Source: Anthoceros angustus
Lineage: Eukaryota; Plantae; Anthocerotophyta
Direction of reading: 5' to 3'
Assembly: GCA_010909165.1 (NCBI GenBank)
Contig: MU008159.1
Location: 2,170,001-2,234,000, forward strand
DNA length: 64,000 bases
Positions 47,501 through 59,640 of the stretch are shown here, piece by piece. A program made the position numbers and the translations under genes. Under the pieces are notes generated by a model that made no database searches, had not been told where the DNA came from, and saw only the letters and a program-made list of their open reading frames with translations. Every line of letters begins with the position of its first letter. Position 1 is the stretch's first letter.

Positions 47501-47899
47501 GCAAGTGGGTTGAGCACCTTCCACCGCACCGCCTGCCGGAGGCGTATGTCATGGTGCCGCTTTATAGGGTCTAGGTTGAGGTGATGCTTAATCAAGCATG
47601 TGGGTGAAGTAGCTTCACCACTTGAAGTGGCCTTGCAGGTGGTATGGGGCACATAACTTTTCATTCCTTCCTTGTGGACACTCCTACCACGACTTTTGCC
47701 TCTACCAAAGATTTGAGGGAGAGCAAAGGCCTCACCGTGCTTGCTCTTGTGGCTTAGAGGTTCCCGCATATGGTTGATGGCAAAGGGTAGTATTTACGTA
47801 AGAGTCAAGACTGGGAAGCGAAGGGCTTGGAGGAGGGGGTGCCGAATTTTATGACACTATTGTAGTTTTAGGCGGACTAGGAAGTCCGAGCGCAGGTTC

Positions 47900-49450
47900 T
47901 TGATGTTGCCAACACCGCCATCGCACGGCAGGCCGCATCACCAAAGCGGGATGTGTTCTTCTCACGGTTTCGCCATTTCAATGGACACACCAGAACAGTG
48001 GACACCTGTGGGGTGCATGCACGCCAAGATCTCTTGGAACAGATCCAAAGCTGAGGCCACCGCTGGTGCTGAAAAGTGGCCAATTTGTCCTGGGGAAATC
48101 GATCGACCATGTGTCCAATTATTAATCAAGAAGTAGTGGATGGTGGAGCAGACTCCATCCTGATCGATGATGTATGGGGCAACCAAGAAAGGGCCACGTT
48201 GAGACTATGAACGCAGCTGCCTGTGAGCCCAGAGGTATTGGCTATTGGCTAGAAGGCGTGGTGGATAAGGATGGTCTTAGGAGGTATACACCATATGGAG
48301 AATCCTGCAATGATGGAGCATCCGTGGAACATGTGGGTGATCAGAAGGCTCCAACATCCGGGTTGTCAAGGAGGAACAACCAGCCCAAAGAATCCAAACC
48401 GGTGGTTGCACTTGAGGGGGGGCCATGAGCTGCCCAAAACCAGTGGTTGCACTTGAGGGGGTCAAGCATGAGTCGTCACAACCTTCGACCTAGCTGCAGG
48501 TCCCGTGCACCATCGCCACAATCTCAATAAATCTGTGGGACATAATAGTAGTCCTTCATCTCTTGAGCCCCACGTGATCTAGGGATGTGTTGCTTGAATA
48601 CCATGCTGCACATTCGCTGGCATCCATGTGCCAGTCTCCGACTCATACAAGCAAGTTGTGGTGAGGTCGCACTTGGCCGAGCATCCCACATCGTAGCTAG
48701 CATTTGGCAAAGGTCAGTAAGTCATGATCAAGAGTGCCGACCACCGAGAAGGCAAAGAACTGTGAGCTATTGCCATCTTGTGCTCTCAGGAGGAAGTTGG
48801 TGCACATGTCCATAGTGTGTGAAGGCTCCTTCATGCAAAGCATTGCTTACCTCCGCTACAATATGTTGGAGAACCGGCCGACAATCAAGGATGTAGCGTG
48901 GTGGACATACATTGACACGACGGTAGGTCACCGCTTTAACACCGGTGGAGCAAAGCGCAAATCAGAGGGAGCTAGAAGGTACCACCATCATAAACAACAT
49001 AGACAAGAGGAGGAAGAAGAGGCAGAAGATGAAGAGATTGAAGAGGACTACTCTGGTCTGCGCCATGAGGACAACTTTGCAGTGTTGGCCGAAATGCAAG
49101 AAGGGCAAACTGAGCCGTTTTACATCATCAAATGCAACAAGCGCCCATGGGTGACATATGTATTTAAGGTCCGGGTAAAGTGGTATAAAGGCAGTGCGAA
49201 TGGTTGTTCAGGGATCTACTATGAGCGTGAAGGGGAAATGTAAAGGAGTTTACAAACCTGGAATGATGTTTCCCATTGCTTGTTTTGCCCGTATGTATGA
49301 TTATCTCTTTTGCAAGGATTGAATCTAAAGTGCCACCTATACATAGAAATGCTCCGGAAGAAAGGGAGGTCAACGTTGTTGGTTGGAGCCCAAAACCGAG
49401 GGAAACGCCTTGAAGAATGTAGATTTACACAAAGAGAAGCTGTGCACCGC
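47900..49450 (+). pseudogene. Heavily degraded Sola2-like transposase, plus strand
   Basis: Colinear peptide remnants match the minus-strand transposase: FAISMDTPEQWTPVGCMHAKISW (vs FFVSDDMLHDTLFVQHCLGLHW), RKGHVETMNAA (vs GKGEHDGAGA) and EDNFAVLAE..FYIIKC..GIYYE (vs GDNFLVFAE..GQYYD). Confidence 0.55.
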
Positions 49451-51179
49451 ATGTTGGTTGGTTTCATCTGTGATGTTAGTTGATTATGTTGACATTTCAT
49501 CAAGTTGCTGCTTGTTCTATCTCGCAGAAAGCAGAAGATGACAACTCTTAAAGTGAGTCTGCGGCCGCCCATATCAGATGATCGATCAGACCGCCCACAC
49601 TCCTAGCATGAACAAATAAGAGGAAGAGTGGAATACTAGGAGATTGCGGTGGTTTTTGTTATGTGTGGGAGTCAAATCACAGACTTTGTGTGTTTAGTCT
49701 CGCTTGGTTGGTTCTCAAAAGTAGGTCGGTGTTGGTATTGTGTTACTTGTAGCGGAGCCGATCCGGAGCAAGCGGCATCATGCGTAATAGCAGGCATCAA
49801 ACCGCGAAACTACTAAACTACCAAATGTACTCTTCGCCATTGTTTTAATATCCACAAGATCCACTCATCGCGTACATCGGTTTGTTGCGCTACACACGGT
49901 CAACATGAGAATCTTTGGTAGTGTGTCGCCATATATTGGAAATATGATAATTATTCTTTGTACGCTCACCCTATCGATAATGCAGACGAAACACCCCTAG
50001 TATGGGAACACCTAGTATGGGGCATAAAAGAGTGAACCGCAAACGCGGTGCTAGGCCAAACCCCGCCAACCATGCCCCGATTAATGATCAGAATACAACA
50101 GTCCTTCCTCAATTACTCGAGGCGGACGCTAAGGTTTCTTCCTACAACACCCAAAGCGTGTTTGAACAAAGCTCTCAACTGTCACTCCGAACATGATGAG
50201 GAGGTGGGCTCTATGGGGATAGGAGCAGTCCATTTCTTCCGCTCGGATTGTTCTCATCGTTCGCGCCACTCGCCAACACCGGACATAGTAGTCGTGTCAG
50301 TGCCTCTCGCAATGATGCCCAACATTTCACCGTATTCGTGAAGAGAAGCCGGGAGTTGCCTTCCGAGTCCTCTTGTTTCCTCTATCGGCAAGGTTCTCTT
50401 CCCCAATCCGCCGACCATGTTCTTGCCCTACCACGTCGGCGGCCTTCCGGCCGCTGCTCGCCACTTCGGTGCAGCCTCATATCCCTGGGGTGGAAGATCA
50501 CCTTGAGTCGATGCAACCGAGGTCGTGCGTGAACCATCCTCCGCCTCGATCGCAACTTGTAAGTTCCCCGATGTTGACCTAGCATGCGAGGGAGTTAGCG
50601 ATGCGCCGATCGCGGAAGCCATGAGCATTCTCTCGCGGCGCAGCGACAGTGTATGGGAAGGGTCAATAGGCGACGATAGGCACCGCCGCTCGGGAGGGTG
50701 AAGGGTTATCGAGCAAAGTGGTGCCGAGGAACGCCATGGTGGCTCATCCAGGAATAATCGATGATTGAAACGCGTTCAATCTACCGTATGATGCCCAAAC
50801 AAACTCGTGTGCATCATTTATTGAAGCAGTTGTTGTGGTTGTACGTGGGTATGGTCGTATAATGTGATAGGAGTATAATGTGACCGGACGAAATGACGTG
50901 CTTCGCAAAAGACGGTATCGATCCATCCAGCATCGAGGTGGCATGGCCTAGAAAGGGCTATCCGTAGAAAATGGTGCATATGAAGCAACAAAGGAAACCA
51001 GTAATCGATTCAACGTGGCAACCGTGAATGCAGTTTAGAAACGCACAAATAGAAACCCGAGGTGATGTGGAAGGTAATCTCGCAACTTCTCCAATGACAA
51101 GCATCGTACCGCACGCCGATAAGGCACAAACAACAATTCCTTCTGGTCTCACCAAAAATTCAAAGAATCTTTTCCCATT

Positions 51180-54100
51180 TCATTCCTCCCCTGCATCAGA
51201 CTGTCTGTTATGGTCTCTCACCAAATCGTCAAACGTCTGGACAAGGTCAGGTGGCACACTGTACACCACTGAATCTCCCCTTTGCGTGATAGTGAGGTCA
51301 AACTTGCATGTCACCACCTGTTCAGGAGAAAGGATGCATTCGGCATGCCCCAGGTCCAGTGTGTACTGGAAACCGCCTCCCTGTTCAGTGTCGTAATACT
51401 GACCCAGCACCACTATGTCTCCAGCAATAAACCTATGTCTGCTCCAAGGACACATTGCTACAGGAAGGCGGTGTGGTCCTTGCACACACCGGACGAGGTA
51501 ATAGGTTGCACCTCATCCGCAACCTCCGCAAACACAAGGAAATTATCACCCACTTCCAAAGATCTCCGCCATGTTGGTGACATCTTGACTGCCTTCAACA
51601 TCTCCGACATTGCTCGGCCGCATGGCTTCCACAACGGAAAGGTATCTGCCGCTAAGTTGTCGCCGTCTCGAACACGTGAATCTCGAATGTGGACGACAGA
51701 TGTCTTCCCACAATCCGCATGTGGTACCGATTCACACCGCATGATTGCCGCCTATGCATGCGACAAAAGCATGCCAGTTGCGCATTCTCGCTTTGTTGGA
51801 AAGATCGTAGCCATAAATGCTATGACAACTCTTGAGCCTCGGAATGGCATCACAAGCCCATTTTGCCCGGCGTTGACATCATTGGGCCCAATAGTTAACG
51901 CAGCGTACTGCACCGCTGCCGGGTCGCCGCCCTCCGAGATATTGTGGAGCGAAGAAATGCAACAACGCCTCGCAAAAGATTCGCATTCGCCGTGCTCCAG
52001 TGAGACTCTTGCGCAGAGCACGCTCAAAATGGCTCCAGCTCCATCGTGTTCACCCTTCCCATGGCCACTACCAAAATAGGACCATAACATGTTGCACCCC
52101 CCTGTTATACTTGGATACCTCGCCACATAGTACAATGGTCGGCATGCCTTGAACTGGGACGCTGTGCCATCTGACCATACCCAATGTTCCCGAGGCCCTG
52201 GAAACCCAGAGTCCTGCATCCACTGCCAATGGAGACCCAAGCAATGCTGCACAAAAAGGGTATCGTGTAGCATGTCGTCACTAACAAAAAAGTGATAATA
52301 CTTGTGGATACCAAAGACAAATGTTAGCGGATCAACCTCCGTGTCCGTCTCAGAGAAAACAAGGACCAAAATTGTAACTTGGTCGTTAAAGGCATTGACG
52401 GATTTCGCTCGCACACCAAAGGCGTAGTTTTGTGAGAACTCCAAAACGCTGACGACAACATCTTTGGGAAACAATTGCACACAGCGTCGAAATTCCAGGC
52501 CCTGCCACCTTTGCCAGAAATCATGCAAAATAAAAGCCCGCAACTTGTCTTTCAAGTACAGAACCATGTCCACGGGGTGTGTCTCCATGAAGCCCAACTT
52601 AATACGCTTCTTGTCACCACCCTCCACTGTTTTCCCCACAACCTGGTACTGGAAGCACCTCCAGTTCATGGTAACATTCGGCATGACGTCAATGCTGGTT
52701 TCCCTGGGACAAAATAGCACCTTCTGCACTCCACAACGTGCACAGTTGCCTGAAAGGCAATCCAGGTTGTGCCATTCAGAATCCACCTCTTTGTCACAAA
52801 GGGCTGCCTGAGCCAATGCTCTCACTGATGAATAGCTTGATGTAGGGGCACAGCACCCAGAGGCTGCGGCATCTGCAGGGCGACAAACGCCGCAATCACA
52901 TGGGCAGCCTCCACGAGGGTGTATTCTAGAAATGGTATGTCGCAAACTGTTCAGCGCATCCTTTAGAAATGCCATTTCCACGTGATACCTGCAGCAACAA
53001 ACATTCCTCTCCTGCAAGCTCTTCACAAAATATGGCTTCAACTTCTCAAATGCACGTTGTCCAACTGGATGGATGCCGCTTCTGAACCAAGGAAAAATTC
53101 ACCGCCATCCACCATGTAGACCCAAAACTTGTTGATCGGCTATCATTGGCCACCGCTCAACTCCATTATAAGTGCCACCACCACACCCTGTGGAGGCTCC
53201 CTATTCACCAAGAAGCACACCACCCTCACTATGAGGCCCACCACCGCATGTCGGGAAAGACCAGCTTCCACTAAGGGGAGACTAGAATCTGCACGAGGGA
53301 GGCCACCATCCACTATGAGGTAGACCACCATCCGTGAGGCTCACCACCATGCACTAAGACCCACACCCATCCACTATGAGGCGCACCACCCACCGAGAGG
53401 GAGACCAATCCTCTATGAGGAGGCCACCAACCACTTAGAGCCAATCCTCTATGAGGTAGACCACCACCCACGTGAAGGTCACCACTGCACTAAGACCCAC
53501 ACCTCCCTCCACTATGAGGCACACTAGCATCCACTTTGTGGCAAACCACAATCCACCAAGACACACACACAAACCACTAAAAGGGAGACCAACATCCACC
53601 AAGAGGGACGGTCCTCGAGTCACGAAGAGGGTCATCACTCCACATGGATGGTGGTGACCACACTAGGACCCACCAACATCCACTAAAGGCAAACCCCAAC
53701 TACATGAAGGCACACCATCATCCGTAATGAGGTGCCCACCATTCACTAGTTCTCCACACCAATGTCCACCGTCCACGAGAAGTGCATGGTACTCCACAGA
53801 GTCGACGCCGATCCACAACCGCCACACCGGTAAGTGAGGCACCACCATGTTTCGGATCGCAGCATCACGGTTTCCCACAAAGAATTGACCAAACAAAAGG
53901 CACACATATGCGGATGTAGATTTTCCTAGGCTAGTGCCTCACGCTACCTTCCACCTGGTATCCCATCCGGGAAGCAACGCTGCATGTGGAAAGCCTATGA
54001 AAATGCTAGATATGGCAAAAGGTGCAACAATGGAAGTGTCAACACCAAAGTACCGGAGTGAAGCAAACAATGTGGCGTACAAAGCAATAACTAGCGAGGC

Positions 54101-55141
54101 TGTCACTGCGACATGTCCAGAAATGGACTATGTGTTTCTCAAACGCCTTTGGGGCAATTCTCATGCGCTGGCATCCTTGGTGTTTGAGGAGGGCTTGCAA
54201 GCTCCCAAAATTTCTTTACAAGATCTCGCACTGGACAACACATCCGATCGACGCGTCCACCCAAAATGTATGTGGCACTAATCCGCACTGAGATTCACCG
54301 TCACATCAACGGATCACACGCACACCAATGGCACCAAGGATAGATTGCAAACCGAGGTCCTGTACTCGACAAAATTATGTTGAAGAACGCTTTTCCTTGC
54401 CCGCAAGTGGTCTGTGTGGTGAACATTCTTCAACTGTGAATGTGCGGCCTTCATGTTCTTCAACAACAAAGACATCAGCTTCATCTCTTTGGGCTCCAGA
54501 ATGGAACCCGCTTGCATGCCTTCAGCATGGGCAAGGTCAACAAGTGTTGCAGAATATCGGCTCTACAAGCTGATGTGTATTTTTGGGTCCGCTCTACGAA
54601 TACGAGCCCAATCTCTCGAGCTAGTTGACTTGCCCGGCTTTTCCCACACGCTTGATGTGCCGCAATCGCATCCGCTGGGCCGAGCTCGCCAAGCCCAACG
54701 CTGCTCGATGAAGGGGCGAGCCGGCCCATCACCATCGCCCGTGACGGGCAAGAGCCCCATGTCCACGTTGGGTCTGTGGAAAGGAATCCTAGGTGGCCCC
54801 CCCCCTCTGGGGTACCCAGGGTCTGGACCACGCTCCTCCGATACGGAGGAACCTCCTCCTTCATGTGGTGAAGGAGAACTAGCATCCAAGCCCCCAACAA
54901 TTTGCAGACCATCCACACGGAGCCTGGCACTTCTTCTAGCCGAGGGTGTGTGCACTTCACCCCCCCCAAGCAGACACCTCCCTTGCCGGGCAACCCGCCT
55001 TGCTAGCAACTCCTCAGCCCTGGCCTGAATCCTCGCCTCAGACGCAATCTTCTCCGCGGCCTTCCTCTGCCTCAATGCCCGACGGTATGCGGCCTTCTCC
55101 TGGCGACGCTGTGCACGGGGGCTGTTGGTTGAAGGCGCCAT
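51180..55141 (-). mobile_element. DDD/E DNA-transposon transposase gene, Sola2-like, interrupted at ~53130-53780
   Basis: Candidate start MAPSTNSPRAQRR at 55141. Motifs: FEKLKPYFV..CCCRYHVE, Cys-rich CxCxxC/CxxxxCxxC, VLEFSQNY (consensus DF.ENY), WSDGTASQFK, YFGSGHGKGEHDGAGA. The C-terminal part ends at 51180. Termini not identified. Confidence 0.7.
53130..53780. repeat. Degenerate C/A-rich minisatellite (CCACTATGAGG / CACTAAGACCCAC units) interrupting the transposase
   Basis: Repeated ccactatgagg and accacc cores. Transposase homology resumes on both sides. Confidence 0.65.
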
Positions 55142-55734
55142 GGGCGGTGAGTTCTAAACAAGGGTCACTGTGAAAAGCTATGCCCTAGGCTCACCAACCT
55201 GTTCACGTGGCTTTAGGTCAACTTTCAAAAATTGTGAAAGCCAAAACTTCAGACCCGAAACCTTCATTTCAAAAGAATCACCAGAATCAGAATCAGTGTC
55301 CATAAGACATCTCCCTTACCATGGTCAAAAGGGTAAAAACCTAAAGCCAAGCACCTAGGAGGGTGCGGACTCAGCTTTCCATGATCTAGTGCAGCTCCTA
55401 GAAAGCTAGGTCCACACCCTCGCAGATTGATTGCTCTCAATAATGGGAGCAAGCAGTTGGGGGCGAACTCTTGCAAGCTGCAGTGCCGACGACCACACGG
55501 GGACATCTTGAAGTTTCTTGGTAGAAAATTACATCTTGGAGTGTCCTCCTCGCCGGGGCATGCACATGGGATGAAGAAGCCGGAAGTGCTGCACGAAGCA
55601 ACATCAGATGTCTGTGTGGCGGAGCCAACATGTCCAGGTACTGCTCAATATGCTAATAGGCCCAGACTGTGTCAAACACAGGCCTTCAGAAGGCAAGCAG
55701 ACATCACATCGTCACACTCGGAAATGACCAGTGA

Positions 55735-56477
55735 TGTTGCTGCCTCAAGGCTGGGTTACATAGAAGTAGCTAGTTCTTCGTGGGACCGCTTCAAGGTCAC
55801 CGATACACACACAAGAACAAGGCCTAGAAGCTCCACTTCAAGCTCGATAACCTACTGATACCACCGTGATAGACCGACAATGCTTCCAACTTGTCCAACA
55901 AAATCAGACGCCACCGCTCATCTAATGCCCATTCCCACACACGCTTGTATGAAATGGTTGTACTACTACACTGTGGCTACCAAGTCGAGGTGATGTGGTA
56001 GTGATCTTGCCACCCACAAGCACTCCTTGTCCTTGGCATCCACCAAGTAATAGGATGCAAAGCCACGCCGATGGCGATGGGCTTCTGTGGTGATGGTGAG
56101 GAAGAAATGGTCGAGAGCATATCCTGTGCCTCAATTTTGTGCATTTACACCGATGTATGCCATGAAGATATTGTATCCAACAACATCCTCTTCTATGGCA
56201 ACCACGATTGAGACAAAAGAAATGAAAATGTTAACACGACATGGTATGCTTGCCTTGAGCCACCACAGTGTAAGATAAATGAAATGCTTGCTCAAGGCTC
56301 ACATGTAAAAATAGCGAGTTCTCAAGACCAAGGTCACACCGCGACACACTACACACAAAGAACAAGACCTAGAAGCTCCACTTCAAGGTCGACAACCTGA
56401 TACCACCGTGATAGACCAACATGCCTCCAACTTATCCAACAAAATCCCGTGACGCGACCGCCATCTAATACCATTCC
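55735..56477. repeat. Direct repeat, ~150-200 bp x2, ~540 bp apart
   Basis: caaggtcac...aagaacaag.cctagaagctccacttcaag...gataccaccgtgatagacc...ccaacaaaatc at 55792-55934 and 56329-56477. Confidence 0.85.
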
Positions 56478-56869
56478 TCGATTGACACTCTAGTCTTCTT
56501 GTCAACACAAAGAATGACCTGCAATTTACGATTCATCCCACGAATACTTCTTTTCTAGCTTTAAGAGCCGCTCACCACTATGACTTGGCAATGGATGTGT
56601 TGACAAACGAAGGACTTTCCTTTGATGACGTTGCAGCCGGTGAAGGGCACTTTCATCCTCCTTCTGCACCTTCGATTCTTCCAATCCCTCTGACATTTCC
56701 TCAAAACCTACACAGCAGTCGCCTCCCTGGTGCCCAAAGGGTCCCCACGGTTTGGGGCCTACCCCACAAGACATCTTTAATGGTCTGCGGTCGAATTGAC
56801 GCACTGTGGTTTTCAAGCGGACTCTACATTGTTCGCCATCTTCCTCCCCCCCCAAGCTACCCTCCCTCA

Positions 56870-57240
56870 CAGGACAGCTAACCCTCTCCTAGCACGTCCC
56901 ACCCGATGTGCATGGAGTCACACCACTGCCCACGCACACCCGCACCCCCACACACAGCCGCACCCACACCCTAAAACCCGCACCCGCACCCCCACACACA
57001 GCCGCACCCACACCCTAAAACCCGCACACGCACCCGCACTCCCAGCCACACCCACACCCGCACCCACACCCGCCTCCCACACCCACCACACCCTAAAGCC
57101 CAAACACCGCACTCCACACCCACACCCTAAAGCCCAAACACCCGCACCCACACCCACACCCACACCCCAAGACCAAGACCCGCTTCCCGCACTCCGCACC
57201 TGCCGAGCTGCCCCGCTTTCACATCCGAGGCCCCGCTCCC
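56870..57240. repeat. C/A-rich low-complexity tract (CACCC/CACCCG) with four CCCTAAA telomere-type heptamers
   Basis: Directly visible. ccctaaa at ~56959, 57013, 57091 and 57125. Confidence 0.85.
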
Positions 57241-58319
57241 ACTTCACATGACGGCGAGCAATCGCTGCCCGCCATACAAAATCTATCTCCAAAAACAAGG
57301 ATTGGCCAAAACTGAACCTCTTTATCACCACTCACCCCGGTCAATGACCACTTTCTTGCCCGTTTTTCATACACTCTGGTTAGCTCTCACCTTGCAATTA
57401 ATTTTTATACTATGACTTTTATGGAATACATATTTTTCATATACATTCCCATGTATAACATGATAATTTTTGAAGGGGGGGATATACTGACCCCCTTCGG
57501 CCGAGACAGCACCCCCTTGTCACGAAGAACACCTTTCCTAGAACAGCATATGTGCCCTGCTTTGATAATGCACACACCCTTTCTCGAGGTCATATCTTTG
57601 ATAAAAGATGCACTTTCAAGTCTACACCGAGAACTGGAGCATAGGGGTGTGTGGGCCCGCTTATTTTTAGTAGAATGCATAGAGGGTCGCCATTTTCATA
57701 TGTTTATTACAACCGAAAACTTTTACTTTCAAGTGGTGGAACACAATGAAAACAATCTTGTACTAGCGGGAGTCTTATTTCAATGGTCGTGAGAACATTG
57801 CAACAAACAATCGCTAAAGGAGGAAGTGGTCATCAAGATCGACAATAGTCATTCAAGAGTGCGGCCCGACGACTCATCCATGCCTTGCGCCAACCGAGTC
57901 AAGTACCACCGCCATATTCGGAGGCGGTCCATATCCTCCGCCTCGTTGTCGCTCTCCTCCATTGCTTGCTGCCTTCAATAGTATCATTCTTGGGCCCGAC
58001 GGTGTCGACCGCCACACAAAGATCTAGGGTCCGGCCGACCCTCATCCAAAAGGTCGCCACCGTGGTCTTCAACCTTCCGCACTCAATGCAACCACTTGGG
58101 CTTTAAGGCAATGCTAGCGTCCTTAAAATGAACAAAGTTAGTTGCCCATGCGCCCATGCAAGCATCCTTAAAATCAACAAAATTGAGTTGTTAGGAAGAT
58201 ACGAGGTTTGAACACGAACCTATTCATTACTTATTTCCCAAACACTAGACCAACAATCCCAAGTTGCAACTCTTGAGGCGCTAAATATATATTTTGAAGA
58301 CAGCATGAGGAGATGGGGC

Positions 58320-58660
58320 CGGCCGGCGCCCATGGGTGGGGCAGGGTGTGTTAGGAGGGCGCCGGCCGGCGCCCATGGGCGTGGGCAGGGTGGGGGGGGG
58401 GCGCCCACGGCGCCCATGGGTGGTGTGCAGGAGGCCGCCCATGGGTGGTGGGGAGGCGCCGCCGGGCGGCGCCCAGGTGGTGTGCTAGGGGAGGACGCCG
58501 CCGGCGGCGCCCATGGCGGTGGTGTGTAGGAGGCGGGCCGGCCCCATGGGGGTGGCGCAGTTAGGGGGCGCCGGCGGCCGGGGGTGGTGTGAGAGGGCGC
58601 GGCCGGCCGGCGCCCATGGTGGTGTGTTAGGGGAGGCGCCGCCGCCGGCGCCCATGAGCA
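58320..58660. repeat. GC-rich cluster of ~9 GGCGCCCATGG-like motifs
   Basis: ggcgcccatgg and close variants recur at irregular 20-70 bp spacing. Confidence 0.8.
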
Positions 58661-58699
58661 GACATGGGGAGGGCGCCGGCCGTCGGCGCCTCCCTTAGC

Positions 58700-59640
58700 A
58701 CCATCCTACGGTGCATGCGGGTGAAGCTGGGGGGACAAGAAGGAACGGCGGTATCCTATCACCGATGGAAGGTGTGGCCCATTTGTGAAGGGTTAAAAGA
58801 TTTGCTCCATAGGACCGTTGAAGAGTACAAGTGGTGGGAAGCCTTTTGGGTGGACCGGAAGGAGATTGCTATCATTGTGGAGAATAACATTGGGCTACAT
58901 TCCTTGGAAGTGGTTTTCACGTGTAGAAGTGGATCATACAAATGACCACTTCAAGTGCTTGATGAAGCTTTGCTAGATGAGGCATTATTGAGGGACCTCC
59001 CACGTGATATGTATTTGGGGGCATATCAAAATGCGGGAAGGCAACGTGGAAATGGCACGATGAATGGGGACATAACGGAACCGAGAGGGATGTTTCGGCA
59101 AAGGCCGCAATACACATACACGCATGTGCCATTCTCGGATTGGGAGGTCATTGACGTGAAGCTAAACGCACCACGACCTCACTTTCTTATCCACCGGTAT
59201 CGACCGAGCACATAGATGCGTATGAAGGAGATATGCAGAACATAGTCCGCCAGTGGTAACCCATCCGTCCAATGCCGAGGAAAAAGGGAATAAGATCCAT
59301 TACCTAAAAACATACAGAGGTATTTGTGAATGAAATACCATCCTAGACATGGGTTTGTGTTGAACGACGGAAACATCTGAGGTGGACAAAAAGCGATAAG
59401 GGATAAGCTCATGAGTTGCGTGGTTTTCATACAACTCTGAAACAAAGTGTCAAGATAGTGATGACAATGGAGGAGAAGTCGGACCAAGTGATGACGATGG
59501 ATTGAACTCGGGATGAGTGAAATCGAAATCTCGCTTTTCCCGGGTCCCAGGTTAATGTTGTAAGTCCGTTGATGTTTCGTGTTAGGAAATACCGTCTGTG
59601 GCTTTTGTGGTGTCATAACAAAACCACATTTCCATCCCAA
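58700..59640 (-). pseudogene. LINE (L1-like) ORF2 C-terminal remnant (zf-RVT-like)
   Basis: The minus-strand frame gives IPVDKKVRSWCV*LHVNDLPIREWHMR...IHRAI..LICPQIHITW, resembling the KVK.F.W...H..LP...W / H....CP....W pattern of L1 tails. Confidence 0.45.

Noticed and set aside
57990-58100. Myb/trihelix-like ATFWMRVG peptide (Harbinger ORF2)
   Set aside because: A single short motif with no supporting context.
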